64,000 nucleotides of DNA from NCBI GenBank assembly GCA_964016885.1, contig OZ024740.1:144398001-144462000 (forward strand). Reading direction: 5' to 3'. Under the pieces are notes generated by a model, which was given only the letters and a program-made list of their open reading frames with translations, was not told where the DNA came from and did no database searches. Source of the DNA: Eledone cirrhosa (Eukaryota). The position numbers and the translations under genes were made by a program. Shown piece by piece: positions 46,286 through 61,434 of the stretch. Each line of letters opens with the position of its first letter. Position 1 is the first letter of the stretch.

Positions 46286-46559
46286 ATATATATATATATA
46301 TACATATATATACATATATATATATATATACATACAATATACATATATATACATATATATATATATACATATATACATATATACATACATACATTATACA
46401 TACATATATATATACATACATATATATATACATACATATATACATACATATATATATACATACATATATATATACATACATATATACATACATATATATA
46501 TATATACATATATATATACATACATATATATATACATACATATATACATACATATATAT

Positions 46560-47648
46560 ATTTTAATATTGTAATATGTAACATAGTATTTAGACTTTAC
46601 ATATGTTAAATGTCTGTATATTTTTCTGTAACAACATATTTTTCTGTAACATCATAATTGTTCCCTGTACAATAATAGTTTTTTTTGAGTATTATTGTAT
46701 TATATTATATGATTGATATTTCCTCATTTATTATGTAACCCAGTATGAATCATGTTGTACATATTGTTTATGCTAATTGTTAATATAATGTTATCAATTT
46801 ATCATTGTATTTCACTGTGACATCTATATTGTTTCTGTAAATTAACCGGGATTATTATATATCCTACTTTATTATATTGTATTGTATTATATAATTGTTG
46901 TTTATTATTTATTATAAGTGCTTCTTGTAATTATATCATATTATTGCCTCATGTATATTGGGTAGATGTATTAGCATTATTTTCACTATTACCATGCTTA
47001 TTTTTGTTATTTTTGATGTGCAAACTTCCAATAGGGCTTAATTTCTGTGTAATAGAAAATAGATATGTGTATTGTAATGTGTGTGTGTGCGCGCGTGCGT
47101 GTGCGTGTGCGTGTGCGTGTGCGCGCGCACATATATACATGTATATATTGTACCTTTTGATTTTTAATTGGAATTTTTAATGTTGGTATAGATATATTAT
47201 TATTATAATGTATTATACTGTGGTATATTATAATTCCTGCTCTATATAACCAAATTTGTTTAGATTTAAGTTGGTGACTTTGGACTATATTTGTAATATG
47301 GTTCTTAATGTTATCTACATCCTTAGTTATTATAATTTTATTATTTTTATCCATTTTTATTATCGTATATCTTTGTAAGACATTAGTGTATGTAAACTCC
47401 ATATTCTTCAGAGTTTCTGGCTTGTATCTGCCGAAATTACGTCTTGTTGTTTTGATTGCCCTGATGAGTCCTTAATAGGACGAAACATTGTCGGCTAATA
47501 AAAAGTTTTGATGTATTAAAGGATTTTTTGTTTTACTCTCTTAATTTTTCGGCTCTGTTTAACTGCATTGAGCTATACCTTTTACTGTCATTTCTATAAT
47601 ACGAAGAGGGTGTTTGACTCAAACACGCTCCAGTATTCTAATCCTTAA
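46560..47648 (+). mobile_element. ~1.1 kb AT-rich island with a hammerhead ribozyme, poly(A) signal and terminal hairpin; probable 3' end of a Penelope-like element
   Basis: Non-repetitive island bounded by TA repeats; hammerhead at 47455-47499; AATAAA at 47497-47502; hairpin GAGGGTGTTTG-ACT-CAAACACGCTC at 47606-47630. No RT or GIY-YIG ORF is visible. Confidence 0.6.
47455..47499 (+). ncRNA. Minimal type I hammerhead ribozyme motif with a canonical core
   Basis: Stem I GCC/GGC; CTGATGA at 47461-47467; stem II GTCCT-TAAT-AGGAC; GAAAC at 47482-47486; tiny stem III AC-ATT-GT; GUC cleavage triplet with the cut predicted after C47492. Confidence 0.85.
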
Positions 47649-48066
47649 TATACATATATATACATATATATACATATATATACATATATATACATATATA
47701 TACATATATATACATATATACATATATATACATATATATATATACATATACATATATATACATATATATACATATATTATACATATATATACATATATAT
47801 ACATATATATACATATATATACATATATATACATATATACATATATATACATATATACATATATATACATATATACATATATATACAATATATTACATAT
47901 ATACATATATACATATATATACATATATATACATATATACATATATATACATATATACATATATACAATAATACATATATACATATATACACATATATAC
48001 ATATATACATTATATATACATATATATACATATATATACATATATACATATATATACACATATATA

Positions 48067-48100
48067 CATCATCATTTTACGTCCGCTTTTCCTGCTTGCA
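48067..48100 (-). mobile_element. 34-bp terminal stub of an RTE-related element (variant 3' tail)
   Basis: CATCATCATTTTACGTCCGCTTTTCCTGCTTGCA resembles the RTE terminus CATCATCAACGTTTAACGTCCGTGTTCCACGCTTGCA; it is embedded in TA repeat. Confidence 0.7.
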
Positions 48101-48341
48101 ATATATATACATATATACATATATATACATATATATACATATATATACATATATATACATATATACACATATATACACATATACATATATATACATATAT
48201 ACATATATATACATATATATACATATATACATATATACATATATATACATATATACATATATACACATATATACATATATACACATATATAATATATATA
48301 TACATATATATATACATATATATATATACATATATATATAC

Positions 48342-48372
<31 letters not shown>

Positions 48373-48797
48373 CATATATATATACATATATATATATATA
48401 CATATACATATATATACATATACATATACATATATATACATATATATATATACATATATATACATATATATATATATACATAGATATACATATACATATA
48501 TATACTATATACATATATATACATATATATACATATATATGACATATATATACATATACATATATATACATATATATACATATATATATACATATACATA
48601 CATATATATATATATACATATATATACATATATATATATATACATATATATACATATATATATATATACATATATATACATATATATACATATATATATA
48701 CATATATATATACATATACATATATATATACATATACATATATATATACATATATATATACATATACATATATATATACATATACATATACATATAC

Positions 48798-48850
<53 letters not shown>

Positions 48851-48948
48851 CATATAATATATACATATATATATATATACATATACATATATATATATAC
48901 ATATATATATATACATATACTATATACATATATACATATATTATATAC

Positions 48949-48981
<33 letters not shown>

Positions 48982-49339
48982 CATATATATATATACATAT
49001 ACATATATACATATATATATATATATACACATATATATATATACACATATATATATATATACACATATACACATATATATATACACATATATATATACAC
49101 ATATATATATATACACATATACACATATATATATACACATATACACATATATATATATACATATTACACATACATATATACACATATATATATATACATA
49201 TATACACATATATATATATACATATATACACATATATATTATATACACATATACACATATATATATATACACATATACACATATATATATATAACACATA
49301 TACACATATATATATATACACCATATACATATATACACA

Positions 49340-49539
49340 NNNNNNNNNNNNNNNNNNNNNNNNNNNNNNNNNNNNNNNNNNNNNNNNNNNNNNNNNNNNN
49401 NNNNNNNNNNNNNNNNNNNNNNNNNNNNNNNNNNNNNNNNNNNNNNNNNNNNNNNNNNNNNNNNNNNNNNNNNNNNNNNNNNNNNNNNNNNNNNNNNNNN
49501 NNNNNNNNNNNNNNNNNNNNNNNNNNNNNNNNNNNNNNN
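49340..49539. other. Assembly gap (200 N)
   Basis: Run of N. Confidence 1.
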
Positions 49540-49710
49540 GTATATATATGTATGTATATATATGTGTATATATATGTATGTATATATATATGTATATATA
49601 CGTATGTATATATATATGTATATATATGTATGTATATATATATGTATATATATATGTATATATATATGTATATATATATATATGTATATATATATATGTA
49701 TATATATATG

Positions 49711-49747
<37 letters not shown>

Positions 49748-49786
49748 GTATATTTATATATGTATATATATGTATATATATATATG

Positions 49787-49817
<31 letters not shown>

Positions 49818-49856
49818 GTATATTTATATATGTATATATATGTATATATATATATG

Positions 49857-49907
<51 letters not shown>

Positions 49908-50578
49908 GTATATTTATATATGTATATATATGTATATATATATATGTATATATATGTATATATATATATGTATATATATATGTATATATATATATATGTA
50001 TATATATGTATATATATATATGTATATATATGTATATATATGTATATATATATATGTATATATATGTATATATATATATGTATATATATGTATATATATA
50101 TATATGTATATATGTATATATATATATGTATACATGTATATATATATGTATACATGTATATATATATATGTATACATGTATATATATATATGTATACATG
50201 TATATATATATATGTATACATGTATATATATATATGTATACATGTATATATATATATGTATACATGTATATATATATATCTATACATGTATATATATATA
50301 TGTATATATATGTATATGTATATATATATATATGTATATATATGTATATGTATATGTATATATATGTATGTATATATATGTATATATATGTATATATATA
50401 TATATGTATATATATATGTATATATATGTATGTATATATATATGTATATATATGTATGTATATATATATGTATATATATGTATGTATATATATATGTATA
50501 TATATGTATGTATATATATATGTATATATATGTATGTATATATATATATAAGTATATATATGTATGTATATATATATG

Positions 50579-50616
<38 letters not shown>

Positions 50617-50644
50617 TGTATATATATGTATGTATATATATATG

Positions 50645-50682
<38 letters not shown>

Positions 50683-50762
50683 TGTATATATATTTATGTA
50701 TATATATATGTATATATATGTATGTATATATATATGTATATATATTTATGTATATATATATG

Positions 50763-50800
<38 letters not shown>

Positions 50801-50828
50801 TGTATATATATGTATGTATATATATATG

Positions 50829-50866
<38 letters not shown>

Positions 50867-51262
50867 TGTATATATATGTATGTATATATATATGTATATA
50901 TATGTATGTATATATATATGTATATATATGTATGTATATATATATGTATATATATGTATGTATATATATATGTATATGTATATATCTGTATATATGTATA
51001 TATCTGTATATATGTATATATCTGTATATATATATGTATATATATGTATATATATATGTATATGATTATATATGTATATATATGTATATGTATATATATG
51101 TATATACATATATATGTATATATATGTATATATATATATATATGTATATATATGTATATATATATATATATGTATATATATGTATAGATATGTATATGTA
51201 TAGATATGTATATATATATATATGTATAGATATGTATATATAGATATGTATATATATATATG

Positions 51263-51345
<83 letters not shown>

Positions 51346-51362
51346 GTATATATATGTATATG

Positions 51363-51407
<45 letters not shown>

Positions 51408-51461
51408 GTATATGTATATATATGTATATATATATGTATATGTATATGTATATATATATGT

Positions 51462-51838
51462 ATCATCATCATCATCATCATCAACGTTTAACATCCGTGT
51501 TCCACGCTTGCATGGGTTTGGATGGGGGTTTTCCCACTTGAGGCAAGAGTGATTGTCTTGCTCGCATAGGACTGTCTGGCATGTTTTCTACAGTTGGATG
51601 CCCTTCCTAACACCAACCACATTTACAGTGTGTGTCTGGGAGGTTTTTACCGTGTTGCCTACACGCCCACATTACAGCGTGAACTGTGTGTTTTTCTGTC
51701 GTGACACCTACACGATCTCATTTGTTTCGGCTTGGATGTTGTGGCACCAACATAACTTTACATTGAAAGGGGCGGTGTGGATGGGGTGGGGGTGGTGGGA
51801 CAGGGGTTTATTTTGTTAGAGATGCCTACTGACTGTAG

Positions 51839-51840
<2 letters not shown>
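51462..51840 (-). mobile_element. Young RTE copy C, 3' UTR only
   Basis: (CAT)n tail plus UTR matching the other copies; truncated at ...GACTGTAGTA|TATA. Confidence 0.95.
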
Positions 51841-51925
<85 letters not shown>

Positions 51926-51929
51926 GAAT

Positions 51930-52304
51930 ATCATCATCATCATCATCAACGTTTAACGTCCGTGTTCCACGCTTGCATGGGTTTGGACGGGGGTAGTCCC
52001 ACTTGAGGCAAGAGTGATTTTCTTGCTCGCATAGGACTGTCTGGCAGGTTTTCTACAGTTGGATGCCCTTCCTAACACCAACCACATTTACAGTGTGGGT
52101 CTGGGAGGTTTTTACCGTGTTGCCTACACGGCCACATTACCGCGTGGACTGTGTGTTTTTTTTGTCGTGACACCTACACGATCTCATTTGTTTCGGCTTG
52201 GATGTTGTGGCACCAACATAACTTTACATTGAAAGGGGCGGTGTGGATGGGGTGGGGGTGGTGGGACAGGGGTTTATTTTGTTAGAGATGCCTACTGACT
52301 GTAG

Positions 52305-52306
<2 letters not shown>
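51930..52306 (-). mobile_element. RTE copy D, 3' UTR only; chimeric tandem duplicate (466-bp offset from copy C)
   Basis: Same truncation point and same following microsatellite spacer as copy C; its left part carries the variants of copy E. Confidence 0.93.
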
Positions 52307-52387
<81 letters not shown>

Positions 52388-52395
52388 ATATGAAT

Positions 52396-54487
52396 ATCAT
52401 CATCATCATCATCAACGTTTAACGTCCGTGTTCCACGCTTGCATGGGTTTGGACGGGGGTAGTCCCACTTGAGGCAAGAGTGATTTTCTTGCTCGCATAG
52501 GACTGTCTGGCAGGTTTTCTACAGTTGGATGCCCTTCCTAACACCAACCACATTTACAGTGTGGGTCTGGGAGGTTTTTACCGTGTTGCCTACACGGCCA
52601 CATTACAGCGTGGACTGTGTGTTTTTTTTGTCGTGACACCTACACGATCTCATTTGTTTCGGCCTGGATGGCGCGGCACCAACATAAATTTACATAGAAC
52701 GGGGTGGTGTGGATGGGGTGGGGGTGGTGGCGGGACCGGGTGTATTTTGTTAGAGATGCCTACTGGCAAGGCGGGTCTTCTCTGTTACTGAGTACCGCCA
52801 AAGGTCTCGGTCCGGTGGCATTGTCTTGGTGAGGTGTAAGTGTGTGAGGTCGGAGTTTATCAGCTCGTCCCAGGTTTTTCTGGGTCTGCCTATTCCGTGG
52901 CTACCGTCTATCTTTATTGCCCTGCACTTTGTTATACAGCTATCATCCTTCATGCGCATCACGTGACCATACCAACGTAGCCTTCTCTCTAGTAAACAAC
53001 ATCTGATCCCTCTTATTTCTATTTTTTTCCTTAGTTCGTTTATGCTTTGTCGTTCACGTATATTACTGTTACACATCCAGCGGAGCATGCAAGCTTCGTT
53101 TCTCTCTAGTCTGCGTATATCCTCTGCACACAATGCCCAGGTCTCACTGCCATGCAACATTGCTGTTCGTATGCAAGCATCGTACAGCCTGCCTTTCATT
53201 TTTAGGGAGAACCCTTTAGCGGCTAATAGTGGTATAAGCTCTCTGAACTTTTTCCACCCAGTTCTGACTCTAGCTACTGTACTTTCAGAGCACCCTCCCC
53301 CACTGCTGATTTTGTCACCCAGGTAACGGAAGCTGTCCACTATTTCTATAGAACCCTCTGCGCAGTTGAAAGAGCTAGTATTTGTGGGCACTTGCTGCTA
53401 CTTATATCCCCAGAACACCGGCCACATGTAAAATGTATGTTCTTAGTTAGCTTACCTGTGATCCCACTACATCTTTTATGCACCCAAACTTTGCATTTGG
53501 GACACAAAATGGAATTTCTACCTACGCCTTTCCTACACTCTGCGCATGGCCACTTCCCGGAGGGGACCGCCGCCTTATTTTCTTTTTTACAAACTAGAAC
53601 TTTAGTCTTAGCTAGGTTAATTTTAAGGCCTTTTGATTCTAGGCCGTGCTTACATGTTTGGAATTTCTTCTCTAGCTCGGCCATTGATTCAGCTATGAGC
53701 GTTAGATCATCTGCGTATAGGAGTTCCCATCGGCAGCCGGTCTTGAACTCCACTGTTATAGCCTGGAGGGCAATAATAAATAGTAGGGGGCTAAGAACAG
53801 AGCCCTGATGAACACCAACTTTTACACTAAACTCTTCACTATATTCGTTGTTAATTCTAACCTTGCTAACTGTTTCTTTATACATGGCTTGTATAGCTCT
53901 CACAAGCCATTCATCAACACCTAGTTTTCTAAGAGCCCACCAGATAATGGAACGGGGGACTCTGTCGAAGGCCTTCTCCAAGTCGACGAAAGCTAAGTAT
54001 AGGGGTTTACTTTTAGCTAGGTACTTCTCCTGTAGTTGTCGTACAATGAAAAGAGCGTCTGTGGTACTTTTTCCTGACACAAACCCGAACTGCATTTCAT
54101 CTAGATCAATTCGCTCTCTGATTAGTTGCGCTATAACTTTTTCCGTGACCTTCATGACCTGGTCGATTAATTTAATGCCTCTATAGTTACTCCTATCTAG
54201 GGCATCTCCTTTACCCTTATAACAGTTAACGATAATACTGCTGCGCCAGTCCTTCGGAACAACCCCATTCTGTATGACTTGGTTGACTATCCGGGTGACC
54301 ATGGTGTGTCCCACCGTACCAGATGCCTTCAGCATCTCGGCAACTATTTCCGAAGGCCCAGCCGCCTTACCCGTCTTCATATCCTTGATTGCCTTACTTA
54401 TTATACTACCCTCGACTAACACTGCTGGTCCCTCTATTGGGTCGATGTGGGGGAGACTGTCTTTCTCCCATTTATTCTCCTCATTTA
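52396..54487 (-). mobile_element. Young RTE copy E, 5'-truncated (~2.1 kb), complete RT domain, one frameshift (~53380)
   Basis: ORFs 53346-54422 ([39 protein letters not shown]) and 52750-53391. Confidence 0.97.
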
Positions 54488-54659
54488 TATATATATGAAT
54501 ATATATATATATGAATATATATATATATATGTATATGAATATATATATGTATATATATATATGAATATATATATATATATGAATATGTATATATATATAT
54601 GAATATATATATATATATATATGTGTGTATATATATGTATATATATATGTATATATATG

Positions 54660-54692
<33 letters not shown>

Positions 54693-54736
54693 GTATATAT
54701 GTGTATATATATATATATGTATATATATGTGTATAT

Positions 54737-56909
54737 ATCATCATCATCATCATCATCAACGTTTAACGTCCGTGTTCCACGCTTGCATGGGTTTGGATGG
54801 GGGTAGTCCCACTTGAGGCAAGAGTGATTGTCTTGCTCGCATAGGACTGTCTGGCAGGTTTTCTACAGTTGGATGCCCTTCCTAACACCAACCACATTTA
54901 CAGTGTGGGACTGGGAGGTTTTTACCGTGTTGCCTACACGGCCACATTACAGCGTGGACTTTGTGTTTTTTTGTCGTGACACCTACACGATCTCATTTGT
55001 TTCGGCCTGGATGGCGCGGCACCAACATAACTTTACATAGAACGGGGTGGTGTGGATGGGGTGGGGGTGGTGGCGTGACCGGGTGTATTTTGTTGGAGAT
55101 GCCTACTGGCAAGGCGGGTCTTCTCTGTTACTGAGTACCGCCAAAGGTCTCGGTCCAGTGACATTGTCTTGGAGAGGTGTAAGTGTGTGAGGTCGGAGTT
55201 TATCAGCTCGTCCCAGGTTTTTCTAGGTCTGCCTATTCCGTGGCTACCGTCTATCTTTATTGCCCTGCACTTTGTTATACAGCTATCGACTTTCATGCGC
55301 ATCACGTGTCCATACCAACGTAGCCTTCTCTCGAGTAAACAACATCTGATCCCTCTTATCTCTAATTTTTTCCTTAGTTCGTTTATGCTTTGCCGTTCAC
55401 GTATATTACTGTTACACATCCAGCGGAGCATGCAAGCTTCGTTCCTCTCTAGTCTGCGTATATCCTCTGCACACAATGCCCAGGTCTCACTGCCATGCAA
55501 CATTGCTGTTCGTATGCAGGCATCGTACAACCTGCCTTTCATTTTTAGGGAGAACCCTTTAGCAGCTAATAGTGGTATAAGCTCTCTGAACTTTTTCCAA
55601 CCAGTTCTGACTCTAGCTACAGTACTTTCAGAGCACCCTCCCCCACTGCTGATTTTATCGCCCAGGTAACGGAAGCTGTCCACTATTTCTATAGAACCCT
55701 CTGCGCAATTGAAAGAGCTAGTATTTTGTGGGCACTTGCTGCTACTTATTGCACCAGAACACCGGCCACCTGTAAAATCTATGTTCTTAGTTAGCTTACC
55801 TGTGATCCCACTACATCTTTTATGCACCCATACTTTGCATTTAGGACATAAAATGGAGTTTCTACCTACGCCTTTCCTACACACCGAGCACGACCATTTC
55901 CCAGTAGGGACCGCCGCCTTGTTTTCTTTCCTACAAACTAGAACTTTGGTCTTAGCCAGGTTAATTTTAAGTCCTTTTGACTCTAGGCCGTGCTTCCATG
56001 TTTGGAATTTCTTCTCTAGCTCGGCCATTGATTCCGCTATGAGTGTCAGGTCGTCTGCGTATAGGAGTTCCCATGGGCAGCCTGTCTTGAACTCCTCTGT
56101 TATAACCTGAAGGGCAATAATAATTAGTAGGGGGCTGAGAACAGAGCCCTGATGGACGCCAACTTTTACGCTAAACTCTTCACTATATTCGTTGTTAATT
56201 CTAACCTTGCTGACTGTTTCTTTATACATGGCTTGTATAGCCCTCACAAGCCATTCGTCAACGCCTAGTTTTCTAAGAGCCCACCAGATAATGGAGCGGG
56301 GGACTCTGTCGAAGGCTTTCTCCAGGTCGACAAAAGCTAAGTAGAGGGGTTTACCTTTAGCTAGGTACTTCTCCTGTAGTTGTCGTACTATGAAAAGAGC
56401 GTCTGTGGTGCTTTTGCCTGACACAAACCCGAACTGCATTTCATCTAGGTCAATTCTCTCTCTGATTAGTTGCGCTATTACTTTTTCCGTGACCTTCATG
56501 ACCTGGTCGATTAATTTAATGCCTCTATAGTTGCCCTATCTAGGGCGTCTCCTTTACCCTTATAACAGTTAACGATGATGCTGCTATGCCAGTCCTTCGG
56601 AACAACCCCATTCTGTACGACTTGGTTAACTATGCGGGTGACCATGGTGTGTCCCACCGTGCCAGATGCCTTCAGCATCTCAGCAACTATTTCCGAAGGC
56701 CCAGCCGCCTTACCCGTCTTCATATCCTTGATTGCCCTACTTATTATACTCCCCTCGACTAACACTGCTGGTCCCTCTATTGGGTCGATATGGGGGAGAC
56801 TGTCTTTCTCCCATTTATTCTCCTCATTTAGTAGCCTTTTATAGTGACACTTCCAAGCTACCTTCTTATCAGTGTCGGTGATGGCAAGTATGCCATCATC
56901 GTTAAGTAC

Positions 56910-56910
<1 letters not shown>
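54737..56910 (-). mobile_element. Young RTE copy F, 5'-truncated (~2.17 kb)
   Basis: 488-aa ORF 55033-56499 with all RT core motifs, plus the frameshifted upstream ORF 56511-56765; (CAT)n tail. Confidence 0.97.
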
Positions 56911-56965
<55 letters not shown>

Positions 56966-57134
56966 GTATATATATATGTGTATATGTATATATATATGTA
57001 TATATATATACATGTGTATATATCTATGTTTATATATATGTATATGTATATATATATGTGTATATATATATATGTATATATATATATATGTGTATATATA
57101 TATATATGTATATATATATGTATATATATATATG

Positions 57135-57179
<45 letters not shown>

Positions 57180-57576
57180 GTATATATATATATAAATATG
57201 TATATATATATATGTATATATATATATATGTATATATATATGTATATGTATATGTATATATATATGTATATATATATGTATATATATATGTATATATATA
57301 TATGTATATGTATATATATGTGTATGTGTATATAAATATATGTATATATATATAAATATATGTATATATATATATATCTATATATATATGTATATATATA
57401 AATATATGTATATATATATATATATATATGTGTATATATATATATATATGTATGTATATATATATATATATGTGTGTATATATATGTATATATATATGTA
57501 TATATATGTATATATATATGTATATATATGTATATATATATATGTGTATATATATGTATATATATGTATATATGTG

Positions 57577-57609
<33 letters not shown>

Positions 57610-57724
57610 GTGTATATATATGTATATATATGTATATATGTGTATATATATATATATGTATATACATATATATATATATATGTATATATATATATGTATA
57701 TATATATATGTATATATATATATG

Positions 57725-57756
<32 letters not shown>

Positions 57757-57796
57757 TATATGAATATATGTATATATATATATGTATATATATATG

Positions 57797-57835
<39 letters not shown>

Positions 57836-57842
57836 GTATATA

Positions 57843-57897
<55 letters not shown>

Positions 57898-57924
57898 GTA
57901 TATATATGTATATATATATGTATT

Positions 57925-57957
<33 letters not shown>

Positions 57958-57986
57958 GTATATATATATATGTATATATATATGTA

Positions 57987-58033
<47 letters not shown>

Positions 58034-58073
58034 GTATATATATATATTGTATGTATATATATATATATATGTG

Positions 58074-58120
<47 letters not shown>

Positions 58121-58149
58121 GTATATATATATGTATATATATATGTATG

Positions 58150-58180
<31 letters not shown>

Positions 58181-58185
58181 GTATG

Positions 58186-58220
<35 letters not shown>

Positions 58221-58221
58221 G

Positions 58222-58252
<31 letters not shown>

Positions 58253-58329
58253 GTATATATATATGTATATATATATATATATGTATATATATATGTATAT
58301 ATATATATATGTATATGTATATATATGTA

Positions 58330-58365
<36 letters not shown>

Positions 58366-58375
58366 TGTATATATG

Positions 58376-58428
<53 letters not shown>

Positions 58429-58839
58429 GTATATATGAATATATGTATATATATATATATATGTATATATATGTATATATGTATATATATATATATATAT
58501 GTATGTATATATGTATATATATATATGTATGCATATATGTATATATATATATGTATGTATATATGTATATATATATATATGTATATATATATGTATATAT
58601 ATATATATGTATATATATATGTATATATATATGTATATATATATGTATATATATATGTATATATATATATGTATATATGTATATGTATATATATATATGT
58701 ATATATGTATATGTATATATCTATATAGATATGTATATATATATGTATATATATATATGTATATATATATATATGTATACGTATATATATGTATATATAT
58801 ATATGTATATATATATATATGTATGTATATATATATATG

Positions 58840-58872
<33 letters not shown>

Positions 58873-58883
58873 GTATATATATG

Positions 58884-58916
<33 letters not shown>

Positions 58917-59159
58917 GTATATATATATATGTATATATATATATGTATATATATATGTATATATGTATATATGCATATGTATATATATATATGTATATAT
59001 GTATATGTATATGTATATATGTATATATATGTATATATATATATGTGTGTATATATATGTATATATATATTTGTATTTATATATATATGTATATATATAT
59101 GTATGTATATATATATATGTATATATATATATGTATATATATATGTATATATATATGTG

Positions 59160-59810
<651 letters not shown>

Positions 59811-59827
59811 ATATATGTATATATATG

Positions 59828-59876
<49 letters not shown>

Positions 59877-59938
59877 GTATATATATATTTATATGTATAT
59901 ATATATATATATGTATATATATGTATGTATATATATGT

Positions 59939-59978
<40 letters not shown>

Positions 59979-60207
59979 GTATATATATATATGTATGTAT
60001 ATATATGTATATATATATATGTATGTATATATATATATATATATATGTATGTATATATATGTATATATATATATGTATGTATATATATATATATATATGT
60101 ATGTATATATATTATATATATATATATGTATGTATATATATGTATATATATATTATGTATGTATATATATATATATGTATGTATATATATATATATGTAT
60201 ATATATG

Positions 60208-60266
<59 letters not shown>

Positions 60267-60374
60267 GTATATATATGTATGTATATATATGTATATATAT
60301 ATGTATGTATATATATGTATATATATATATATGTATGTATATATATGTATATATATATATATATGTATATATGT

Positions 60375-60412
<38 letters not shown>

Positions 60413-60930
60413 GTATGTATATATATGTATATATATATATATGTATATATATATATGTATATATATATATGTATGTATATATATGTATATATATATATGT
60501 ATGTATATATATGTATATATATATATGTATGTATATATATGTATATATATATATGTATGTATATATATGTATATATATATATGTATATATATATATGTAT
60601 ATATATATATGTATATATATATATGTATATATATATATGTATATATATATATGTATATATATATATGTATATATATATATGTATATATATATATGTATGT
60701 ATATATATGTATATATATATATATATATGTATGTATATATATGTCTATATATATATATAGTATGTATATATATGTATATATATATATATATATGTATGTA
60801 TATATATGTATATATATGTATATGTATATATATATATGTGTGTATATATATATATATGTGTATATGTATATATATGTATATGTATATGTATATATATGTA
60901 TATGTATATATATATATGTATATATATATA

Positions 60931-61132
60931 CATATATGTATACAGACGTACAGTAGTATGTATATATATATACATACATGCACACATATATATGTACGTA
61001 TGGGTTTACCGAACATTTATAATGCTTGGTTTGTTTATAAACAAACAGCCCAAATTATTAGCCGTACAGTGTTCATCAACCATCGTTGCCCTTTTGTATA
61101 TACATACTACTGTACGTCTGTGTACATATATG
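60931..61132. mobile_element. ~200 bp MITE-like element with 36-bp terminal inverted repeats and a central palindrome
   Basis: CATATATGTATACAGACGTACAGTAGTATGTATATA (60931-60966) is the reverse complement of 61097-61132 with 1 mismatch; perfect 18-bp palindrome GTTTGTTTATAAACAAAC at 61029-61046. Confidence 0.55.
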
Positions 61133-61298
61133 TATGTATGTATACATACTTATATTTTAGTATCAGCCGTACTAAGAGTGAGAAATGAAATTTCATTTTT
61201 TCCATTTATATATATGTATATATATATATGTATATATATATATATGTATATGTATATATATATATATGTATATGTATATATATGTGTATATATATATG

Positions 61299-61331
<33 letters not shown>

Positions 61332-61368
61332 GTATATGTATATATGTATATGTATATATATATATGTG

Positions 61369-61401
<33 letters not shown>

Positions 61402-61434
61402 GTATATGTATATTTATATATGTATATATATATA

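Noticed and set aside
47606-47642. Hairpin plus CTAA as a Helitron terminus
   Set aside because: No matching 5' TC end, the island continues past CTAA, and the hammerhead points to a retroelement instead.
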